A stretch of DNA of 64,000 nucleotides from Bilabrum cf. latius (taxonomy: Eukaryota). The stretch lies in the NCBI GenBank assembly GCA_965178125.1, contig OZ237775.1, positions 310,001 through 374,000 on the forward strand, given 5' to 3'. Under the pieces are notes generated by a model. It saw only the letters and a list, made by a program, of their open reading frames with translations, was not told the origin of the DNA and ran no database searches. Positions 11,601 through 20,805 of this stretch are shown here, one piece after another. The position numbers and the translations under genes are program-made. Within the stretch, counting starts at the first letter, position 1. Every line of letters begins with the position of its first letter.

Positions 11601-14600
11601 AACCGATTTTTCCTGCTTCCTCTTCTTGATCAACCGTTTGTCGATCTTCTTCATCGCGTAGACGTTGCCCGTCTGCTTGCACCGTGCAGCGTACACGGTG
11701 GCATACCCTCCTTTGCCCACCTGACCCAACCAGTCGTAGCTATCCACATCAGGCACCTTCCATCGTTTTACAGACTCATCGATCCGCATCCACAAATCGA
11801 AGAAGGGACTCTGACAAAAGCCCTGAAACACAGTCTCCTTGATAGTTCGCACCACTAGAACGATGATTTCGTCGAACAGCTCCTGCGAATAGTCGCCCCG
11901 CCTCTGCAGCTCCTAGATGGACCGCCACACGTTCATCGGATTCCGGAAGCGAAGTCCCGCGGCGTCAAAAGCGTCGTACAGAGCCATTGCTACGTCACTG
12001 GAGGTGGCTGGGGCGGCATCATCCCCCTCCTCATCGGCAAGCGCGTCGGCTTCCACTTCATACCCATGCCCCTTGCGGCAAGCCCTGCCACCACTTTGGT
12101 CGTGCATCTTCAGAGAGTCTCCTGTCGTCACATCTCTGCAGTGAAGCACGATGTCTTCGGGGATCGGCCATACGCCCAGCCAACTCACTGTGATCGGAAT
12201 CGAGCGGGGCGAGTCTGGGGATGCTTCCCGCTGCCTACCCCAGCGACTCGCGCGGAGTGGTGACACGCAGCTGTGGTCATACTGGGTGACTGGGCTGTCA
12301 TTCGAACCGTGCGGGTGCGTGATCGTCTATTGTGGCACTGTTTGGTTGCTGCTGCTGCGTATCACGGGCATCGGAATGCTTCGCGAGCTCATCACACGGG
12401 AGAGCGCAAGCAGCTAGCTATCTGCTCCATTGCTGCTGCTGCTGCCCGTGCCGCTGGCTGTGCCACTGACACCCTTCGCGTGCATACAGCTCATCTTCGA
12501 ATGCGACTGAGCAGAAGCTGCGCTCACCGCAGATTCAGTTGCTGAAGCAGCTTGTCCGCTGAGCGTACCACCCGAGGCAGTTTCGGATCGAGCTCGCCTG
12601 CCACCCCGACCACTGGCCGTGTCAGACAGCACCGATGCCCACTCGTCGCTAGCCGCTGATGGCGTCTCAGTGCCCGCCCTTGAGTCTGGAAGCGGGCCCA
12701 CGGCGTCGGCTTGTGGCACGCTAAGCTCCGGATGGTAAACATGGCGAGTTGATGGCGCACTGTTTGCTTTTGTCTAGGCATCAGCTCCAGCACCAGTGGG
12801 TTCGGAGCTGCCTGACTTTGCAGGCACTCGCAAAGTCCCATCGCAAGCGCCATCACCTGATCCGGATGGCTTGGATGCAGGCTATATCTGGGTCGCGCCG
12901 AGCGACAGCCTGCGGGGGCGTCGGTGTCTGGGTCCTCCTCGCGCGTCTGGGGTCGATGCACTATCCCAATCTGATGTTCCTGTTCCACCCCCGACCGCGC
13001 CACCGCTTCCGAATGGCCCCATTTCAACTGAATTGCTTCTTGATTTTCGATTCGTTGCTTGGAACCTGGTCTGCACGTTCAGGTCGAGCCCAAGAACCTG
13101 CCCGATTCCCACCGGCTGCTGGGCAAGTTGCCGTTGATGATGCAGCTGGTGTGCTTGGATCAGACCGGATACACTGCCGCTGGAAGACCGCGAATGCCTC
13201 TCCATCTCCTGTCCAAACGGCAGGGGGGGGAAGAATGAGCTCGATGCCATCTCATCGCTCAGAGCGGGTGCTTCGGTGCTGTTCTCGGAGGATTCTCCAT
13301 TCACGTCCCAAACAGCTGCCACAGCGCCTGCTTGGATCTGGCCCAGCGAACGATCCCCGCTCACGCCCGCACTCGTCACACTCTGGACCGCCACACCGGT
13401 GCCTGCTCCTTGCGGCGGACTGCTCACGCCACTGCGTGTATACCCCTTACCATGCTGCTCGTAGGCACCCACGGCAACAGGCAGCGGTAGTTGCGCTCCT
13501 GAGCCAGCTTTTGTCGATCTGCCTGCCGTGCCCAGCAGATGGGAGTGTAGGTCAGCAGAGTCCACGCTTCGATTCCCGCCATCGTCGTATCCACCATTGT
13601 GCTGAGACTGGCACTACCCTGGAGTCTGTGACGAGGCACCTCCGATGGACCTTGGGCCGACTGCAGGCTGATCCCAGCTGCCCACCATCGAGCCAGCCGG
13701 CGTGCTGGCTGGAGTGTCCGCGAACCCAAAGGAGCTGGCCCGGGCTTCTCGGCAAACCCTCGAGCGACGTCCCTCGGTGCTAGCGGTCTGCGCACTCGAT
13801 CGTACGATGGGGGCGGTGCCCGTCCCTGTGCTGCCCTTCGATTTGTGCTGGTGCAATTGCAATTGCCCCTCTAGCACTTCTTGCCTCGCAGCCAGCCTAG
13901 CTGACTGCCCGCGCGACGTGGGTGCTTCCGCACTTCTTGCGGCCAAAAGTGCTCCCATGGGACTCCAGCTCCCTACTAATCCAATGATGTTCTTGTCCCG
14001 CTCTGGCGTGCCAAAGGCTGCGGGACTGCAGGGCTTGGCAGTGGTACCACTGGCGGTTGTTCGTAGCGGCGACGACTCGGATGGGTCGACTGTTCTTCCC
14101 GGTGCGAAGTCGCCGTGATCGGAGGGCTTGGTCCCTAGTGGTGAAATTGCTTCTTCCTTCGCATGTTTGACATCATCTGCAGGCGCAGAAGCGCAGTCTG
14201 GGTTGCCTGGTTCGCCTTCATCATTGGTTGCCGCGCGGCGCTATTGACCAAGCAAGCCTGCACCCCCCGCAGGATGAAGGGCGCCAGTGCGCTTCAAAGC
14301 AGACTTTTTGTCTGTCACTGCTACTGTTCCTGTCGATGAAACTAGAGCAACATCGGTACCCTGAGAGACATCCAAAATCTTTGAGATCTGCACCGGTCCT
14401 ACTTCGAGCAAGATTTGGTCAGTGTTCTTCGACCCATTTTGTCTTTCCCTGAGACGCGAAATATCATGAGATGAATGCAGCTGCAGATGCCCGTCTTTGC
14501 CGGCGTTCGACTAGCCTGAATCGGTATCAAGCTGGCATGATGCCCTCATTGCTGCGACACTCGGATTCGCACGCGCAGACTTTCGGTGCCGGGCTCTGGC

Positions 14601-15165
14601 ACTCATTTGTACCACATCAGGCTTGAATGCATCAATAATAGCTTTAGACCTGCAAAAGTATGAAGGGTGGCTCAGAAACATCGTCAAAATGCAGTGGGAA
14701 GAAACACGGCGTCACACCCCTCCGTGGCCCCGCAAACATTAGAACAGCTTGGGTTAACATCCGCGCGGCTTTTTCGAATGGATACACAAGTCATACGTGA
14801 AGCAGCTGCAGGATAGCACCCGTAGGCTAGGCGTATGTGGTTTTCGCTCACAAATGCACTCGTGCATCCCTGCCATGCGTGCGCCGATACAACAGACCAG
14901 CTTGCAGCAGGCGCACCAAGTAGTCCTATCTGGTACAATATATGTACGACTCGAGCATCGCATACCCCGCTGGTGATTCCATCGCCTATTGAAGCGGCGG
15001 GGCGCAGTAGGATCCCGGAGGAGGTGCCGTTACACCACGGGCTGCTTTCGATTCTATGCTGATGTCCATACTGCTCATTTTACCGGACCTTTCGCCAGAG
15101 AGCATTTTTCGCAGTATCCATGTCTCTTCCGGACTAAGGCTAGCTGCGTATCCCTCGGATGCCAT
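8613..15165 (-). CDS. RGS-domain plus AGC kinase protein, G protein-coupled receptor kinase (GRK)-like, ~2,116 aa; exons 15165-14852 and 14649-8613
   Basis: Kinase motifs GKGGYATV, YAMKKIDK, HRDIKPANVL, SDMGLA and GTPGFWAPE. The AGC tail continues past TAG 10653 (LTAADQ*HYVGFEY). RGS C-terminal helices ELFDEIIVLVVRTIKETVFQGFCQSPFF lie just before the kinase. The RGS N-half (AMESPAGYAMLESYI..LLYRR..RVHL/SKAIIDAF) spans the intron. One frame interrupted only by TAG; ends at TGA 8613-8615. Confidence 0.8.
14650..14851 (-). other. Spliceosomal intron (202 nt, phase 2) in the GRK-like gene
   Basis: Donor GTGAGC at 14851 and acceptor TTTTGCAG ending 14650. Splicing joins TT+G (Leu), restores the frame inside the RGS motif and removes in-frame TGAs. 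Confidence 0.75.
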
Positions 15166-15651
15166 TGCGGATTGAATTGTGATGTGGGTGCGAATGGCTT
15201 CACAACCACAATTGTCGCCGACGCGAGACAAATAAATCGCCGATTCGGAGTATTTCCTGATGCGGTAAATTGTCCGATGAAGTGCAGCCAAATACAAAGT
15301 TAGACAAAGATACTATACAATTGTCGGAGGAAGTGCCGCAATTTAAACAGTTGATTCAATCTTAGTACTTGGTTGTCAGGAGTCCGCACCTGGAGCGCTA
15401 CACGCTCTACTGATGCGCAGAAGGACATCCATTTGGGTTACTAGATGAGTGTGGTGGTACCACCAACAAAATACAAAGGGCATATTTTGACGAAAGGTTT
15501 CAGCATTCCATCGCCAAACTTGGCGCATGCAGGGGCGCTCGGCTCTTCGGACCGATTCCGAGTCGGCTAACGAACATCCTGCGAACGTTCTCTGTATTTT
15601 GGTTAACCCAACATTAGCTAAATCTACATCAATGCGCAGTCTCTCGACACG

Positions 15652-16450
15652 ATGAGCAATCTTCCGAGTGATTTTTTCAATTAGGATAATCGTACACCTC
15701 GGGAGGATTCCGAAGCCACGTCCAAGGAAGACAATGATCTCGCAGTTCTACTTGCTGAGGCAGCTGTATCCGATGAGCCGCCCCAGGCAATCGATGGGCG
15801 CTCTGCAAGTCAAGATATAGAGTCGGAAGTAGGATCGGTTTCAACAGCCAGACTGGCAGCTGTTGAGCAAGGGTAAGCTGCGGCTGCAATATATACCAAA
15901 CCCGTGCCAGTATTCAAGCCAATCCGCATTGTTGCACATCTAGCTTCGACAACAACCGCAGGGTGTACGAACTACGAGTCGAAGAAGCGAAGCAGCAAGC
16001 TGGGGCGGGAAAGCGAGATCATGTGCGCAGCAGGCTCGACCACGGTCCCGCGCAGCAGGCTCGCGGCGCTACATTCGGCAGCACAGGCGAAGACGCTGCA
16101 TTCAGCCTCACCACTGCCGCCGTGATACCAGACGCGGCTCTATCAACCGAAGATGTGGTGCGTGTGCTGAGGGCGAAACGGAGGCGCGTGGGGGCGGGCC
16201 GATCTGCCGCTGGTACAGGTGCACAGACAAGCCAAGCTGCGCCTCTGGCAGCACATGCCGCAGTGGGGGTGATGGAGGGCGAGGGGCAGGGGGTGATGGA
16301 GGGCTAGGGGCAGGGGGTGATGGAGGGCTAGGGGCAGGGGGTGATGGAGGGCGAGAGGCCAGAGGCACCGTGGAAATCGGTGGGACTCAAGCGACCAAGG
16401 GAAGCCCCCACTGCCCATGACACACAAGGCGAAGCCATGGGTGGCGGCGT

Positions 16451-16500
<50 letters not shown>

Positions 16501-16682
16501 CTGCCACTGTTAGCAACCATGGCGAATGTGTAGGCACCAGCTTGGGCGCATTAGCGACCCCTGGCGACACGAAGCATGCTGAGTCTGGTTCCAAAGAAGC
16601 AGGCGGGGCAGGGAGGGGGGGTGCAGAGTAGGGCGAGGAGGACGAGCTTCTTGGACTGGTCGACTGGCGAGGACCCGGGTGA
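15652..16682 (+). CDS. ZNF830/CCDC16-like protein (C-terminal region only, no zinc finger seen), ~313 aa; exons 15652-15872 and 15962-16682
   Basis: MSNLPSDFFN resembles the LPxxFFD motif, VEQGVYELRVEEAK resembles EQ..YxRVExL, and the acidic C-terminus ends EEDELLGLVDWRGPG (DWR motif). The DWR motif is reached only by reading through TAG 16305, 16329 and 16629. TGA at 16680-16682. Family call is from remembered motifs. Confidence 0.5.
15873..15961 (+). other. Spliceosomal intron (89 nt, phase 2)
   Basis: GTAAGC...CCGCAG; splicing joins GG+G and links the 15652 frame to the 15963 frame. Confidence 0.7.
16269..16355 (+). repeat. 24-bp coding tandem repeat, ~3.6 copies (VMEG-[E/TAG]-GQG)
   Basis: Unit GTGATGGAGGGC[G/T]AGGGGCAGGGG starts at 16269, 16293, 16317 and (partial) 16341. 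Confidence 0.95.
16451..16500 (+). repeat. (CAG)16 microsatellite, read as poly-Ser (AGC) in the ZNF830-like frame
   Basis: Directly visible perfect trinucleotide run. Confidence 0.95.
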
Positions 16683-16995
16683 GCCAGTGTGGGCCCGGGT
16701 TGTGCTAGGACATTGGTTCAGTGCAGGGTGCGCTTTGCTAGGGCATGTGGTGCGCGCGTGCCCATGTGCATGCTCTAAGTCCATTGCAAGACTCGCTAGC
16801 TGCTCGATTCCTGCATGCGTTCGAGCAGCTAGACTAGCGACAGCAAGCCTAGTAGTTAGGTTCCGTTTGCTCGTGTCACACCCCGACCAACCAATCAGAT
16901 GCGCGAAATGGTTGCATTGTCTTGATAGACTGCATATGTCACTTCTGTGGCTCTATTCACCGCAAATCTCACTTGTTGCGGCCCGCTCAACTGCT

Positions 16996-17593
16996 TCACT
17001 GCCTCCCCTCGTCTGCCGCCGGCACATCGTCAGAACTAGCTAGCTGGACTGCCTCTTTTGAGCGTGCTTCCCAATCAAGACCTGCACCTTCTATCTGATA
17101 CTCTGGAGACGCGCGCCCCTTAAAGTACACTCTATCCCATTCCTGTTGGACACTGGGCGGCAGGGCGTTCAGGGCGCGCGGCCAGCAGTACTGCCCAGTC
17201 TCTCCATTATAGACCATCACCCATTCTTTCTTTCGAAATCCCCGAACCTTCTTCGACTTATCCTCAATCTCATGACCCTTAAATCGAAACAAACCCTTAA
17301 TCTTGGAGACGTGAGGCGTCTGCAAGTCCAAGAAAGGCGCGAAGCGACAGAATCAGGAAGGTCTGCAGACAGCCGTGCAGCTTTCCAGCAAGAACATATG
17401 ATTAACCTCAGAATAACATGAGACGCTGAAGACGGCATTCTCTCACTCTGTCCTTTCGTTTCGTTTCTAACACTCGCCAGTGTGTCCCGGGGTACTTCAA
17501 CCATGTCTTCCTCGTGTAATGAGATCCGTGGCCCAAGCTACGCATTCGCATAAGCAAGTTGACGAGTGAAACTCCATGCCTTGTCCTGGGCAT
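16996..17593 (-). CDS. MRPS34: Mitochondrial small-subunit ribosomal protein mS34-like, ~156 aa; exons 17593-17447 and 17319-16996
   Basis: LVNLLMRMRSLGHGSHYTRKTWLKYPGTHWRVLETK..SKIKGLFRFKG..KKVRGFRKKEW matches the mS34 pattern. Phase-0 intron GTGAGA...TTGCAG. TGA at 16996-16998; no in-frame TAG. Confidence 0.7.
17320..17446 (-). other. Spliceosomal intron (127 nt, phase 0) in the mS34-like gene
   Basis: Donor GTGAGA at 17446 and acceptor GACTTGCAG ending 17320; joins track ORFs 17408..17593 and 16996..17331 in frame. Confidence 0.75.
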
Positions 17594-17721
17594 GATTGGT
17601 AAACCTACTTGTAGTCCTTGCTCTCAGCAACTTGTTGAACACGCGGTTGCAACCTCTGTAGGGATGATCGGATCGACCGAGGCCACAAACGCGAAAGAGC
17701 ATTAAATAGGGGTATACAGCC
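17594..17721. promoter_or_regulatory. Putative bidirectional promoter (128 bp) between the divergent mS34 and eS7 start codons
   Basis: Only 128 bp separate ATG 17593 (-) from ATG 17722 (+). AT-rich ATTAAATA at 17701-17708. Confidence 0.5.
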
Positions 17722-18590
17722 ATGTTCACCGTGAGAATTTCGTATTGGATGCTTGATTTCGACTCAGATACTCACAATAGTTCATAGAACGGCTGGATTG
17801 TGGAACATGTTGGCAAGCGCCAGCGCTCTGAGGCCTTGTTAGGGACATCGCACCACCTCCGAATCCTCTTGTATCAAATATCTATGCCATCTTTTTTGCA
17901 GGGTTCCGAGAAGATCCGCAAGGAGAAGCCTAGCGAGCTGGAGAAGAACGTGGCCCAGCAGCTGATGCTGATCCAGGTGAGATACAGCTCCACTAGGGTT
18001 TCAACCGCTCTGTTAGTCCCTTCTCACAATTTGCTGCAATCCACTCGCTGTTTCAAGACTTTGATTTCATTCATGCTGCATTGCAGACTTCCTCCAAGTC
18101 GATCAAGGCCGAGCTGAAGCCTCTGTACTTTGTTGCTGCCCGGGAGCTGGATGTGGTGAACGCCCACCGCCAGGCCACCGGCCAGAAGGCTCTTGTGGTC
18201 TTCGTGCCTTGCGCCCAGCTGTCTTACTACAGGAAGATCCAGCGCCAGTTGGTTAGCGAGCTCGAGAAGAAGTTCACCGACACCCACGTCGTGATCGTGG
18301 CCCAGCGCACCGTGCTGCCCAAGAACTGCAACCGCGACCCCCGCTTCAAGGGCCCCCGCCCCAGGAGCAGGACCCTGACCAAGGTGCGCGAGGCTATGCT
18401 CGATGACCTTGTCTACCCCGCCGAGGTGGGCGGCAAGCGCACCCGCGTGCGCATGGATGGCACCAAGCTCCTCAAGGTGCAGCTGACCTCGAAGGATGCA
18501 GCCACCGAGGACAAGCTGGACACTTTCTCCACCGTGTACAGCACCCTCACCGATAAGAACACCGTGTTCAACCTGGCCAAGGGGCACTAA
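17722..18590 (+). CDS. RPS7: 40S ribosomal protein S7 (eS7), 195 aa; exons 17722-17730, 17902-17976 and 18087-18590
   Basis: MFT/GSEKIRKEKPSELEKNVAQ..KIQRQLVSELEKKF..HVVIVAQRTVLPK..RPRSRTLT..LDDLVYPAEVGGKRTRVRMDG..KLDTFSTVY. Introns GTGAGA..TTGCAG at 17731-17901 and 17977-18086. TAA at 18588-18590, at the expected C-terminus. Confidence 0.95.
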
Positions 18591-19010
18591 GCAACATGGC
18601 AATAATCTGAGGTTTGGGAGGAGGGTTGGGAACGTGGGGTGCGGCCATCGTCAGGTGTACCTGTCGCGTGTTACCGAGCTGCCCTCGTGTGGCAGGCTGC
18701 GCCAGAGTCATGGTCGGCGCAACCGCTGTTCTCATTGGTGGGTGTTAGGATGGCTGCTTGCGATCGGTCGATAGCAGTCGAGGTGGGCCTGGGGCGTACA
18801 ATGTGGGTTGTCTTGAGCGTTTTGCTCGCAGTCCAATTGAAGTCAAATTGTCCTTGCGCCGTCATTTCTGCATACTCCGAATAGATCCCAGCTTGTCATG
18901 AACCAGTGCGTCGTATTTCCTTGCATCGTGGTTTGCGTCAGTGGTTGCACTGCACTGCATGGTCTCTCGATCGGATCCTGGCTGAAGCCCTGCCACAATA
19001 TAAAGGCAGT

Positions 19011-20663
19011 ATGCCGGTAACAGCTGCAATTGTGGGGTCCGGCTGGGGGTGCAGTGTTCAAGTCCCTGCCTTCCGTCGTGCAGGTATCGAGCCAGTAGCC
19101 CTGGTTACGCGAAAAGGCAAGGAGAAGGCATCCGCGTTCGGCTTGCGTTCATATGCAAGCATCGAAGAGCTTGAGGAGAGTCTGTCCCAGTCGGAAGAAA
19201 AATTAGATATCATCAGTATCGTTACGCCGCCAGGAACACACCTGCCGAGGAGCACCGCTGCGTTGCGGTGTTGCCAGGTAGTGTTGTGCGAGAAGCCCAC
19301 AGCTCTGAATGCTGCTGAGGCCGATTCTCTGGAGAAAGCTGCGATGCAATCGAAAACTTCAGCACTCTTGATAGACCACGAGTTGAGATTCTTGCCGGCG
19401 ATTCGGTTCATGCGTGCGCTGGTATCAGCTGGATACTGCGGCACGGTGGTGGATGCTTGGGCGAAAGCCCTTCGGCCGGCAAGGCTGGGATTCGGTGGCG
19501 GAAGCGGAACCGTACATGGCTGGCACAACTGGTGGAGCGAGGCAGCGGAGGGCGGCGGCACCCTGGGCGCCATCTGCTCGCACCAATTCGACACGCTATC
19601 GCACGTGCTCGGTTTGGCCGGCGGCGAGCAGCTGCCGGAAGAGGCTGCCGGCGCGGAGAGTGGGGCAATTGCTGCGAGCATGGAACCATCTTCCACTAAA
19701 ACATACTCAGCCAAGTGCACTTGCTGCTTAAGGCGAGCATGGGACCGCAGGCCGGTGCCCAACGATGCAAGCGCCACCGACACGAGCCTCGGCGCCGCGC
19801 CCTCCTCCGCTGGCGGTTCCGCTGCGGCCCCGGGCGGCTCTGCGGAGCTGTCCGCAATCCGACTGGAGCCGGCAACTTCCGATGATGCCGCCACGTGCAT
19901 GCTGAAGGTGAATGTGTTCCCTCGCCCTCGCGCCTCCCCAGTGGCAGTGAAGGGAGAGTTGGAGGCATCCACGAAAGGCGGCTCTTCTGCGTCTGCTGGC
20001 TCTGGCTCTGCGGAACCGGTCCCTGTCGGCGCCGCGCGAACTGAAGAAGCGGTGAGGCCGCTGGACCCCCGGTCAAGCTATCCGTTGAGCATCAGGATCG
20101 AGGCAGACCTGATGCACGCGGGGCCTCGGGGCGGGTTCGGGTTCGGGATCGTTGGCCGGAGGGCCACGCTCGTGTATGAAGGGGGCTAGCTCGTGGGTTA
20201 TCCACACGCGCGGGAGGGTGGGGCCGGGCAGGAGGGTAACGTGCTGTTTGAGACCGAGTATTACGAGAGCGACGGCAGAGGGGCGAGCGGTTTGGGGGAG
20301 ACCGGCCCACCGTCCCAGCGGATACCAAAGAGCGACTTTGCCACGGCCACCGTGCACCTGGCCAGGGCCTGCAAGGCTCACCTCACCGGGCTGGCGGTGG
20401 ACTCTGGTGTGACGAGTGAGCAGGTCGGAAGGGCAAAGGCGGCTCTGGCGTCGGACGCGTGCGCGGCCGAGTCCGGGATCGCGGATGCATTGAAGCGATC
20501 GGAGCCGGGCGAGCTGTTGCCCGGGCTGCGCTTGGATACGTTCTAGCCTGCCGATTTCCTGCGGCTGGGCGCGTCCGCTGCGAGAGGGGCGGTCATCCAG
20601 CGATTCCTCGACGCGTGCAGGAAGGCGGACGCGGGCTGCACCTGGGAAGACGTTGCGCTATGA
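19011..20663 (+). CDS. Gfo/Idh/MocA-family NAD(P)-dependent oxidoreductase, ~550 aa, two in-frame TAG
   Basis: AAIVGSGWG Rossmann start, IISIVTPPGTH, VLCEKP, IDHELRFLP, WWSEAAEGGGTLGAICSHQFD. The frame continues through TAG 20187 and 20544 to a family-like C-terminal helix (AVIQRFLDACRKADAGCTWEDV) and TGA 20661-20663. Confidence 0.85.
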
Positions 20664-20805
20664 GGGGCGTATCCGGGGCTTCGGGGGTTATGTGTGCGTG
20701 CGGATATGCACGCGTCTCGTACGGATTTGCAGTTCAGCAGCTCCGTCAGACGCTGGTCGTCACACAGCCGCTTTGGCTAGCGCGCTTCAGAAGTCGGTGT
20801 TTGGG

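Noticed and set aside
15166-15651. A suppressor tRNA(CUA) or other RNA gene in the intergenic gaps
   Set aside because: I could not find a cloverleaf or A/B-box pattern by eye here or in the other gaps; a covariance-model scan would be needed to exclude one.
18999-19004. TATAAA upstream of the oxidoreductase
   Set aside because: It lies only 6 nt before the ATG, too close for a canonical TATA box.
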